A stretch of 64,000 nt of DNA from Candidatus Roizmanbacteria bacterium. GTDB taxonomy: Bacteria > Patescibacteriota > Microgenomatia > UBA1406. The translations under genes were made by a program, and so were the position numbers. Below are positions 24,689 to 33,268 of the stretch, in pieces; position 1 is the first letter of the stretch, and the number at the start of each line of letters is the position of its first letter. The notes beneath the pieces were generated by a model that saw only the letters and a list, made by a program, of their open reading frames with translations, was not told the origin of the DNA and did no database searches. The stretch covers positions 13,312 through 77,311 of the forward strand of contig JANLHL010000042.1 of assembly GCA_024654535.1 (NCBI GenBank), in the 5' to 3' direction.

Positions 24689-24987
24689 ATTTTTTTAAAC
24701 ACCCTGAGCACAATGAGCATGACTCCCATATATACTGCAAGAGTGTAGGGAGAAAAGATGAGAGAGAATACAACGGAACTTACAAGAAAAATCATAAAAG
24801 TGAGTGATTGTAGGTAAATATTGGTAATTCGTGCAAGTGAAAGCATTATGTAAACGGCAACAAATGAGCTGAAACGAAAGGGTTTAAGTGGAATATGAAG
24901 AACATAAGAGAGTATAAGAAATACCCCTAGTAACAATATAAATACATCTTTTTCGTCGAACGTTTTATTTTTAAAGGTAAAGTACAT
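24685..24987 (-). CDS. Small membrane protein (100 aa, 3 predicted TM helices)
   Basis: Hydrophobic ORF. Its ATG overlaps the stop of the upstream 57-aa ORF (TAATG). Confidence 0.5.
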   Translation of the reverse strand: MYFTFKNKTFDEKDVFILLLGVFLILSYVLHIPLKPFRFSSFVAVYIMLSLARITNIYLQSLTFMIFLVSSVVFSLIFSPYTLAVYMGVMLIVLRVFKKI

Positions 24988-25160
24988 TAGTGTAAAATCA
25001 ATCGTATCCGCGTTTCAAGTGCGGCAACTATTTTTAATATCGGCTGCATTCCCCAGAGTGTGTTGTGTACGTAGTACTGATCAAAAAAATAGAAGACTAC
25101 GCCACCAGCAAGGCATAAAAAAACAACAGGGCTCATGCGGCGAATAGAAATAAACATCAT
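24987..25160 (-). CDS. Small membrane protein (57 aa), not in ORF track
   Basis: Own translation: MMFISIRRMSPVVFLCLAGGVVFYFFDQYYVHNTLWGMQPILKIVAALETRIRLILH. Preceded by TATAAT-cacagt-ATG and coupled to the next ORF by a TAATG overlap. Confidence 0.45.
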   Translation of the reverse strand: MMFISIRRMSPVVFLCLAGGVVFYFFDQYYVHNTLWGMQPILKIVAALETRIRLILH

Positions 25161-25190
25161 ACTGTGATTATAGTGAAATATATATTTTTT

Positions 25191-25199
25191 TGCTACTAT
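25191..25199 (+). promoter_or_regulatory. Extended -10 promoter (TGcTACTAT), 6 nt before ATG 25206; back-to-back with the minus-strand TATAAT (25167-25172)
   Basis: Sequence reads tgc tactat tgaaat ATG. Confidence 0.45.
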
Positions 25200-25205
25200 T
25201 GAAAT

Positions 25206-26339
25206 ATGAATTCGCGCTTATTTATCTTTCTATATTTTCCATTATTAGTATTATCGTTTTTATTCGTAAATCCATACGTAACTCGAGCAGAGACGTCACT
25301 TGAAAGTTACTGTCGAGATGGGTATTACTATTTTCCAGGTGAAACAACTAGTTGTAGTAGAGCACCAAATTGTGGTGGGTATGGGTATGATGAACTAAAT
25401 ACGGCAGATAAAATGCCCAACCCTCAAGCATGTATGGGTGATGGTGCAAATGGCAGAGCGCAATCGGGATGTGCGGGCTATGTACCAGCATGTTGTTATG
25501 AAGTAGCACGAACAGGGGACTATACTAAGTGTATTGGGTATTGGGAACGGTTGTGGTGTGCACCTAGCCAGTGTGAAACTGCAAAACAAAAAGGCGCTTC
25601 AGATAGTCAATGTGGTGGAAGTTGCCAATGTGGACATGCTTATGGAGAGTATTGTGGAAATGTTCCTGTAGTGTCAGTAGAGCAGCGGATCGGAGGTGCA
25701 ACCCCAAGCCCTACTCCTACCGTAACAGTTGCTCCAACTTCACAACCAGGGATCACCCCAACTACAACACCCGTAGTAACGCCTACATTAACGCCAATAC
25801 CTACCGCTATTCCAACAGCAACCCCTACTCCAGCTATTACTTCATATATTACGCCCGTGCCGCAACAAAGGACATATATACCAAAGGGCATAATATTTAT
25901 AATCAATAATCAAGGTTTGTTGCTCGACGATATTCAACTAACCCTTACGTCTCAAGAAACTAATACAATAGTACAAGCAGTCAATTACACCAATAATCCA
26001 TACGGCACCCCGATACATTTTATATTATTACCAGTGCCACAGGGGGAATACAAACTCGTCGTCACTGCAAAATCTCACGATGGTGTCATGTATCGTCAGT
26101 CAGGGACGTGTAATAACTCTTCAAAAAGAGATACGTGTATTATAACGAGTGGCGATCCTGCAATAGTAGAAATCAAAGTAAATAAGTTGGTAAATATTAG
26201 ACAGATTAATGAGGATATAAAGAATACTTTAGATAAGCAAAGACAATCAATTTTAACAGTAAAAAAATTTGACGCTGTAATAGAACAAAAGATAAATAAG
26301 TGGTTTCTGAACTTGATTGAGCGTATACTTGGGAAATGA
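25206..26339 (+). CDS. Secreted Cys-rich protein with Pro/Thr linker and C-terminal beta-rich domain
   Basis: Signal peptide LFIFLYFPLLVLSFLFVNPYVTRA. About 25 Cys in the first 150 mature residues. A TPSPTPT...TPTP linker follows. The stop overlaps the next ATG (ATGA). Confidence 0.7.
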   Translation: MNSRLFIFLYFPLLVLSFLFVNPYVTRAETSLESYCRDGYYYFPGETTSCSRAPNCGGYGYDELNTADKMPNPQACMGDGANGRAQSGCAGYVPACCYEVARTGDYTKCIGYWERLWCAPSQCETAKQKGASDSQCGGSCQCGHAYGEYCGNVPVVSVEQRIGGATPSPTPTVTVAPTSQPGITPTTTPVVTPTLTPIPTAIPTATPTPAITSYITPVPQQRTYIPKGIIFIINNQGLLLDDIQLTLTSQETNTIVQAVNYTNNPYGTPIHFILLPVPQGEYKLVVTAKSHDGVMYRQSGTCNNSSKRDTCIITSGDPAIVEIKVNKLVNIRQINEDIKNTLDKQRQSILTVKKFDAVIEQKINKWFLNLIERILGK

Positions 26340-27265
26340 TATCTTTAACTTCTCTACGAAATCAAATAAACACGGTTGTAGTAATAGGTATGCATCAACC
26401 TATCATTCAGTCCATTCTCGACTTTGATTATTATGCAGGAAAAAAAGAACCAAGTATTACCTTTATAGTCACAGGAAATAATGGGTACGAGAAATTTTTT
26501 TGGGGTAATACTGAACGTCTTATTGAAACGACCAAGTATATTTCGAAAGCTACTCATGGATGGTTCTTGAATGTATTATCGGGAAGAAGGGCTCTTTCTA
26601 TTGGATCAAAGCTTATGCAGATACCGAGTGTTTATGGTGGGGTTTTTTTTGCAGAGAACGTCCCAGAACAGCATGCCTTAACATTATTTCGAGATGCCCA
26701 AAAATATGAAAAGTTATGTATCGGTCCCTCGAGTGTTGGGCTTCTTGTTCCTGGGTATCTGAAACTTGGACCAATAGGCGGAATAACTCCAGAGCAAGTT
26801 GAGCCAATTGCAAAGAATAGTAACGGGGAAATTGCCATACTCTGTGGTTCAGGTGGTATGACGAATGAACTCATTCATCTTGTTTCAAAACAGAAATTTG
26901 GTATTTCGTTTGCACTCTCTTTCGGTGGTGATAGATTTCCACTTACGACACCGCAGCAAGCGTTTTTATTAGCGCAAAATGATCCTCAAACTCGCGCAAT
27001 CGTTTACTACGGAGAGCTCGGAGGAGAAGATGAATATGAAATAGCTGCATTAAAGAAACGGGGAGAGTTAACGAAACCGGTCATTATGCACATCTCTGGT
27101 ACTGTCGCACACCTATTTCCACAAAATCCGCAATTTGGCCACGCAAAAGCGAAGGCTTCTGTACAACGAGAAACAGCCGTATCAAAGCGTAGTGCGTTAA
27201 AAGAAGTGGGTTTTATGGTTACTGAAAGATTTAGCGATGTGAGTGAATACTTGAGCAAGCTATAA
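26336..27265 (+). CDS. ATP-citrate lyase CoA-binding/CoA-ligase (SucD-like) part, with phospho-His loop
   Basis: ILDFDYYAGKKEPS (cf. MLDFDFLCGRETPS), GELGGEDEY, KPVIMHISGTVAHLFPQNPQFGHAKAKA (cf. QFGHAGA). Confidence 0.88.
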   Translation: MISLTSLRNQINTVVVIGMHQPIIQSILDFDYYAGKKEPSITFIVTGNNGYEKFFWGNTERLIETTKYISKATHGWFLNVLSGRRALSIGSKLMQIPSVYGGVFFAENVPEQHALTLFRDAQKYEKLCIGPSSVGLLVPGYLKLGPIGGITPEQVEPIAKNSNGEIAILCGSGGMTNELIHLVSKQKFGISFALSFGGDRFPLTTPQQAFLLAQNDPQTRAIVYYGELGGEDEYEIAALKKRGELTKPVIMHISGTVAHLFPQNPQFGHAKAKASVQRETAVSKRSALKEVGFMVTERFSDVSEYLSKL

Positions 27266-27295
27266 GTAACCTGTTAACTTTGGTATACTTACGTC

Positions 27296-28096
27296 ATGGC
27301 AGATACAATTTCAAATTTACGGACACACTCTCTATTCACCAGCACTATTTCTTCCCAAAAAAACGGAGAAACGATGCTTTTGGGTAAACCATTAGAAAAG
27401 TTTATTGCACAGCATAGTTTTACCTGGGTTGTTGGGTCATTATGGCTGGGTAAAGAAATAACTTCTAAAAAAACAGAGGAAGTTATGGATATTATCGTAC
27501 GCTTGGGTGTGGATCATGGACCGTATGTGTCTGGCGCTATAAACACCATTATTGCAGCCCGGGCTGGTAAAGACCTAGTTTCTGCACTCTGTTCAGGACT
27601 TTTAACCATAGGTCCACGTTTTGGCGGGGCAACCAATGCTGCTGCCGAGGTATGGTTTAATAGTGTACAAGAGAGTAAAAACCCTGTAGCGGTTGTTGAA
27701 GAGCATGCAAAGGCAAAGAAATATATCCCTGGAATAGGCCATAAACAATACCGTATAGACATACCAGATCCTCGCGTGAGAGATCTTACGAAGCTGTACG
27801 AATCGGGTGTATACCTTGACTATGCACGAAAGATAGAAGCTATTACGACAAAAAAAAAGCCGAATTTGATCCTCAATATAGATGGGGCAATTGCTGCAAT
27901 AATGCTAGATATTCTTGAAAAAGAAGAAAAATTGACGAACGAACAAATAGCAGCATTACTCAATGCACAGTTTATGGATGGATTATTTATTTTGTCACGT
28001 ACAGTTGGATTTATAGCGCACTACTTTGATCAGCGACGTTTGAATGAGGGTTTATTTCGTATGCCAGTTGAACACATCTTCACTCCAGAGATATGA
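27296..28096 (+). CDS. Citryl-CoA lyase / citrate-synthase-like C-terminal module of ATP-citrate lyase
   Basis: VDHGPYVSGAINTIIAARAGKDLVSALCSGLLTIGPRFGGA closely matches the ACLY segment ADHGPAVSGAHNTII.ARAGKDLVSSL.SGLLTIG.RFGGA. Also IPGIGHK, NIDGAIA and GLFILSRTVGFIAHYFDQ. Confidence 0.88.
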   Translation: MADTISNLRTHSLFTSTISSQKNGETMLLGKPLEKFIAQHSFTWVVGSLWLGKEITSKKTEEVMDIIVRLGVDHGPYVSGAINTIIAARAGKDLVSALCSGLLTIGPRFGGATNAAAEVWFNSVQESKNPVAVVEEHAKAKKYIPGIGHKQYRIDIPDPRVRDLTKLYESGVYLDYARKIEAITTKKKPNLILNIDGAIAAIMLDILEKEEKLTNEQIAALLNAQFMDGLFILSRTVGFIAHYFDQRRLNEGLFRMPVEHIFTPEI

Positions 28097-28629
28097 AAGT
28101 AATTATTGGCCTGGGAAATCCTGGAAAGCAGTATGCAAAAACCCGACATAATGCGGGTTATCTTTTTATCGATGCGCTTATTAGTACCTCTGAAACGCCG
28201 GCACAAACAGAAAAAAAATCGTTTGCAATAATTGCCCATATTACAGTATTTGGTAAGAAAATCCTTGTTGCCAAACCAACAACATTTATGAATGAATCTG
28301 GGAAAAGTGTAAAGATGTTACTCAGTAAATATGGTATCAAAGATTTGGCTGATGTTTGTATTGTGCATGATGATCTCGATCTTGTATTGAGCAGCTATAA
28401 AATACAGAAGGGGAAAGGCCCCAAAATACACAATGGCGTATCAAGCGTCGAGAATGCAATAGGGAAAGGCTTCTGGCGGATACGGGTTGGGATAGACGGA
28501 AGGAGTAAAGATAGTCATATTTCGGGTGAAAGCTATGTTTTGCAAGAGTGGGATACTATCGAGAAAAAAACTTTTATCGATTGCATTGAAAGTATAAGTA
28601 AATCAGATCAGCTAAAAAGCTTTGTTTAG
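28093..28629 (+). CDS. pth: Peptidyl-tRNA hydrolase
   Basis: MKVIIGLGNPGKQYAKTRHNAGY, HDDLDL and HNG. The ATG overlaps the upstream stop. Confidence 0.92.
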   Translation: MKVIIGLGNPGKQYAKTRHNAGYLFIDALISTSETPAQTEKKSFAIIAHITVFGKKILVAKPTTFMNESGKSVKMLLSKYGIKDLADVCIVHDDLDLVLSSYKIQKGKGPKIHNGVSSVENAIGKGFWRIRVGIDGRSKDSHISGESYVLQEWDTIEKKTFIDCIESISKSDQLKSFV

Positions 28630-29883
28630 AGAGTCTATATAGGGCACAATTTTTTTGCGAAAAACCTGACTTATATCAAACTGATTCTTAACTCTTCTAA
28701 ACAAACTAATTTCTTTATCATTAGTGAGTATGGTAATCATGATATGCGATAGCTCAGTAGAAGTTGTCGTAGTATTATCAATAACATATATTTTATCGTC
28801 TGAAACTTCTTGGAAAACTTCAAGCTGGGAACATATAATAGGCGTTTTTGTAATAGCACTTTCTAAAATTGGTAAGCCAAAATTTTCATACTTGCTTGGA
28901 TAGAGTGCAATATCGGATAGTTTGTAAATGTCAGAGATGACATGCATTACTTCATCGGGCGTCAAGGCTTTCAATTCATCGCTAATAAATAATACGTTGT
29001 TAGAGAGATCTAATTTCTTAATCCTTTCTTCAATTTCTTGTACATAGGTCGATGATGTGGCGACGTGAGGAAACTTTTTTGCTGAAATAATCATAATCGG
29101 GTGTGTAAGTTTTTTCTTTAGTTCAAAGAGTGCATCTAAGCATAACTCAATATTTTTGTGTGGCATGATTTTTGATGGAAAAAAAAGAACTGCATCTGAT
29201 TCAAGGAGATTGTTATCGGCTATTATTTTTTGAGTTAATGGATGGAGCTGTAGAAAGGAATGTATATCTATTGCGTTCGGAATAACGGTCAACCTGTTTT
29301 CAGAGAAACCGAGAAGATTAGTGAAAGTATTTTTCAGAAACGACGATATGCATACGTAGTGTATTCCCTCAATAGGGGAATTCAACATATTTTCGAATTC
29401 TTTATTTGGATATGTCCTTTTCTTAGGGTTTGTTTCTCTGTCATTAAGGAGCACGTCATGAGTCCAGGCGACGATTTTTTTTTCAGGGTGTAGAGATTGA
29501 AATGTAATAAGTGCATGTGCAATAGCAGGGTTAAAAGTTAATGAAAATATATTATGCGCAAAGAGAATATCAAACGTGTCTTTATACTTTTCAAGCGATG
29601 CAAGAATACTTTTACTTAATGTATAAAATTCAGTTGGGTATGTATTGTCTGAGATAATTTTTTGTCGGAGAGCCGAATTTGATTTTGCCAGCGAAGCAAG
29701 TTCTGGAATAAAGTTTAGATGAACGTTTTTATTATTAGATTCACCTTCTGAAACAAACACAGTAACAGAATATCCATGGTTTGCAAAATAGTTTGCATGG
29801 GTTAAAATCAAATTTTCAACACCGCCAATTACCGGCGGGTAGGTATAGTGAATAATGCCTATCTTAGGTTTTGGTGCTGACAC
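28612..29883 (-). CDS. Glycosyltransferase, GT4-like (GT-B fold)
   Basis: N-terminus GIIHYTYPPVIGGVENL and C-terminal E..FGLPILES motif. Confidence 0.75.
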   Translation of the reverse strand: MSAPKPKIGIIHYTYPPVIGGVENLILTHANYFANHGYSVTVFVSEGESNNKNVHLNFIPELASLAKSNSALRQKIISDNTYPTEFYTLSKSILASLEKYKDTFDILFAHNIFSLTFNPAIAHALITFQSLHPEKKIVAWTHDVLLNDRETNPKKRTYPNKEFENMLNSPIEGIHYVCISSFLKNTFTNLLGFSENRLTVIPNAIDIHSFLQLHPLTQKIIADNNLLESDAVLFFPSKIMPHKNIELCLDALFELKKKLTHPIMIISAKKFPHVATSSTYVQEIEERIKKLDLSNNVLFISDELKALTPDEVMHVISDIYKLSDIALYPSKYENFGLPILESAITKTPIICSQLEVFQEVSDDKIYVIDNTTTTSTELSHIMITILTNDKEISLFRRVKNQFDISQVFRKKIVPYIDSLNKAF

Positions 29884-30976
29884 GACTTTCTTTGATTAAT
29901 TTTTCGTAGAGCGAGATATAATTTGCTGCCATTGTTTTATATGAAAATTTCTTAACAACTGATGCTCGACAATTTTGACGCATCTGCTCATATTCTTTCT
30001 CAGGAAGTGACTCGATTTTTTTTATTGCATCAATAATTCCAAGTTCACCTCTTTCTGGATCAACAAGAAAACCGTTCTCGCCGTCAGTAATTAATTCTGA
30101 CATCGCACCTCGTCTAAATGTGATGACTGGTGTACCACAACTTAATGCCTCTACTATAACAAGTCCAAAAGGCTCTTCCCACTGTATTGGGAAAATAAAG
30201 GCCTTGGCAGTTTGGTATAGCTCTAATTTTCTATCAAATCCTAACGCTGCTTCATATTGCATACGATTATTTAAAAGTGGCTTAATCGAAGAATCAAAGA
30301 AGGTTTGATACTTAGCTCTATCAATATCTCCACTCAATATGAGTTTAATTCCAAGTTTGCTTGCTGCCTGTATTGCAACGTGTGGTCCTTTGAGTGGGTC
30401 TATGCGACTAAGCCATAGATAATTGGGATAAGCCTTTTTATTTGAAGGATAGTATTTATCAATATCTATTCCATTGTAAACGACGTGTACATTTTTTTTA
30501 AAAAGACTCTTTCTGAGTGCGTTTTTTGACACGAAGCAAAAGTTTTCATTTTTTCCAATACCTATTGTATTATATAAATCGCAAAATTCCTGCAGTTCAA
30601 AAAAATCTCTATGTATTGTATGCAGTATTGGCAATGGAATTTCGCTTGAAAAATAAGACAACATGAAAGTTTTGAGAAAATTTACATGAAGAATATCGTA
30701 TCTGTTAGTTTTTGTGTCGATTAGGATTTTCTTGATTTCAAGTAAGGTATAAGGATAAATAAATTCGACATTAGACGATACGATAGTTGCCGATTTGGGA
30801 TCGCAAATGAATATATGATTTTGAGCGTAAGTCTTACTGCCCTTACCACAATATAAAGTAACATTATGCCCAAGTTCAACCAAACCCTTGATGAGCAGAT
30901 ATGTAAATGCCTCCGTACCTCCAAAAGGACTTTCTACAATGGGTTTTGAAATAACGCCAGCTATTGCTATATTCAT
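29864..30976 (-). CDS. Glycosyltransferase family 4
   Basis: GGTEAFTYLL and EPFGLVIVEALSCGTPVI (EX7E-type motif). Confidence 0.8.
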   Translation of the reverse strand: MNIAIAGVISKPIVESPFGGTEAFTYLLIKGLVELGHNVTLYCGKGSKTYAQNHIFICDPKSATIVSSNVEFIYPYTLLEIKKILIDTKTNRYDILHVNFLKTFMLSYFSSEIPLPILHTIHRDFFELQEFCDLYNTIGIGKNENFCFVSKNALRKSLFKKNVHVVYNGIDIDKYYPSNKKAYPNYLWLSRIDPLKGPHVAIQAASKLGIKLILSGDIDRAKYQTFFDSSIKPLLNNRMQYEAALGFDRKLELYQTAKAFIFPIQWEEPFGLVIVEALSCGTPVITFRRGAMSELITDGENGFLVDPERGELGIIDAIKKIESLPEKEYEQMRQNCRASVVKKFSYKTMAANYISLYEKLIKESRVSTKT

Positions 30977-31036
30977 AGGTTGATTATATCAGATTACTTG
31001 TTTCGCTTTGATGCACAATATCATTTATTGCAATTG

Positions 31037-32029
31037 TTATTTTAATCCTTTCACCGTTTTTGCAATATGTTTTGAAGCACTTTGTATACAATTTTTAACA
31101 TTTTCTTTATCTGAAAATACTTCTAAAAACTTGAAGTCGTACAAAGGTTTCTTGAGCTTTTCACTCTTAAGTAATGGATTCATTTGTACTATAAAATCAT
31201 AATATGAGGCTATACCTTGTAAGATTCGGAAGTAACCAAAAGTTCCAGATGCTTTAAAATTAGCCTCAATAGTATCGCTAAAGTTTTTCCAGTCATGCTG
31301 AAACATATCGTATTTGCATCCAAGTAAAAATAAGTCTTTAGCTATACCCCATTCAGGGTGATCAATACCACGAATAATACCTCCTTCAACTTCATATACG
31401 TGATGAACTCGAATTTTTTCATCATATATTAAAGGGAATCCAGCTCTCCAATAACGGACTGATAAATCAGAACCTTCTCCTCTCATATTAAAAAACGTTT
31501 CATCATACCCCCCGACCGAATGGAAAATCTTTGTATAGGTTATAATAAAGCGGGAATATATTGCTTCTACATAGTGTGCATTCTTATATGTCAACATCCT
31601 ATCTTCTGGTCTGGGTCTATCGAGAGTATCTGCTTTTGGTCCTCCACGCCATATAATTTGTCCTGTTGCGGCAGCTCCGCTTGGATTTTTCATAAGAGCA
31701 TATATGGCATTTTTGACAGTATCTTTTTCTACTTCCATATCTGAGTCGCAGAAAATAAGAACCGGACTACTTGCTATTTGAGCGCCTGCATTTTTGTTCG
31801 ATGCTATTCCAGGTTTTTTTGGTCTTGTATATCGTATTGATTTTCCAAACAAGTTAGTAATTGCACTACTTATCTTTGTATTTGGAGAAGAGTCTGAAAC
31901 AATAATTTCAAGTTGAAAATCTTTACCGATTCCTTGTGATTTCTGCAATAGTTTTATCGTGCGTATGGTCTGATCGACTCTATTGTATGAGGGAATAATG
32001 ATAGAAATGTGTTTGAATAATGATGCCAT
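31037..32029 (-). CDS. Glycosyltransferase family 2
   Basis: SIIIPSYNR and the FCDSD (DxD) motif. GT-A-like length. Confidence 0.75.
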   Translation of the reverse strand: MASLFKHISIIIPSYNRVDQTIRTIKLLQKSQGIGKDFQLEIIVSDSSPNTKISSAITNLFGKSIRYTRPKKPGIASNKNAGAQIASSPVLIFCDSDMEVEKDTVKNAIYALMKNPSGAAATGQIIWRGGPKADTLDRPRPEDRMLTYKNAHYVEAIYSRFIITYTKIFHSVGGYDETFFNMRGEGSDLSVRYWRAGFPLIYDEKIRVHHVYEVEGGIIRGIDHPEWGIAKDLFLLGCKYDMFQHDWKNFSDTIEANFKASGTFGYFRILQGIASYYDFIVQMNPLLKSEKLKKPLYDFKFLEVFSDKENVKNCIQSASKHIAKTVKGLK

Positions 32030-32053
32030 TTCTATAGCATACCATATAAAAAT

Positions 32054-33226
32054 TTATATACTTTTTTTGTATATATTGAAGAATTTGGTTGTGACTTTTT
32101 CCCAGTTGAATTTTTTGATAACGGTGCTATAGGCATTTTCTCCCATTTTTTCACGTTTAGCATCATTCTCAATGAGAGAATTTACCTGTTTTGCTATAAC
32201 AGAAGCATTTTTTGCAGGGACTAAGAAGCCGTTAAATCCGTCCCGAACTATAGAGGTTACACCACCTTTTCGAGTAACGATAACAGGGGTTTTATGCACC
32301 ATAGCCTCTAGTATTACAAGACCTAAGGGTTCGTCCCATACCGAAGGTGCAACGTATACGTCTGAGCGCAAATAGAAATCATCAATTTTACCGAGCCGTT
32401 GAGAGAAGTAACCGAGCATATGTACGTTAGTAAGTTTGTATTTTAGAATCAAACTTTCCAAGTAGGGGCGTTCTGGTCCGTCACCTAATATTACTATTTC
32501 TGCTTTTATTTTTTGAGCCGCTTTAATAAGATAGTCAACCCCTTTGTGTCGTATAAGCCTTCCTGTAAATAGCACCATTTTTTCATACTTGAAGTTGTAT
32601 TTTTTATCTATCCACGACACGTCACGAGTAAAATCTATTTGATTTCCGATACCAGACGGGACTGTTCTTAGTTTATCCGAAAGTTCTTTTCCGAAGATCC
32701 GGAGGTACCATTCTCGGGTGAACGTGCTATTTGCTGTTATATATTTTGCTATTTTGGATGATTCCTTGACAGATGAAAACCAACGTTTATCTTCTTCCAA
32801 GTAATATAAATCACTTCCATGTGTTGTTATAACATAGGGGATTTTGTATATATTTTGGATAATACGTGCAACTGCGGGTAGCCACGCTGTATGAAAAACG
32901 TGAATTACATCTGGTTTGAATTTTTTTACCGCTTTCGCTGTTTGAGTAAGATAGTACTGATAGACCTCGAGGTGTTCAAGATTGCTCCATTTTGAAAATT
33001 TTTTAGCATTGGGGAGTTCTGGATTACCGACAAAAACGCCGTAGTGAGGGGGTTTCAACGCACGTATTTTAATATGAGGGAGTTTTCGTGTTTCAGGAGC
33101 AAGTATATATCCTTCATAGTCATCGGGGTACATCTCTTTCATACGAAGTGTCAGTCGACGAAGCCACGCTCCTGAACCATTACCCCAGAGAGGGAATAAA
33201 TAGAGATAGAGTACGCGCATAGTCAT
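32054..33226 (-). CDS. Glycosyltransferase family 4
   Basis: GNGSGAWLR and DEPLGLVILEAMVHKTPVIVTRKGG. Confidence 0.8.
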   Translation of the reverse strand: MTMRVLYLYLFPLWGNGSGAWLRRLTLRMKEMYPDDYEGYILAPETRKLPHIKIRALKPPHYGVFVGNPELPNAKKFSKWSNLEHLEVYQYYLTQTAKAVKKFKPDVIHVFHTAWLPAVARIIQNIYKIPYVITTHGSDLYYLEEDKRWFSSVKESSKIAKYITANSTFTREWYLRIFGKELSDKLRTVPSGIGNQIDFTRDVSWIDKKYNFKYEKMVLFTGRLIRHKGVDYLIKAAQKIKAEIVILGDGPERPYLESLILKYKLTNVHMLGYFSQRLGKIDDFYLRSDVYVAPSVWDEPLGLVILEAMVHKTPVIVTRKGGVTSIVRDGFNGFLVPAKNASVIAKQVNSLIENDAKREKMGENAYSTVIKKFNWEKVTTKFFNIYKKSI

Positions 33227-33268
33227 ATTATAACATGGGTATGTGAGATGTATGTATAGAAAAGTATA

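Noticed and set aside
25610-25909. ORFs in alternative frames or the opposite strand across the Pro/Thr linker of 25206..26339. Similar ORFs occur at 59663..60025, 59713..59952 and 59805..60005 inside 58797..60278.
   Set aside because: Repetitive ACN/CCN codon tracts stay open in several frames. They are nested in well-supported longer CDSs.
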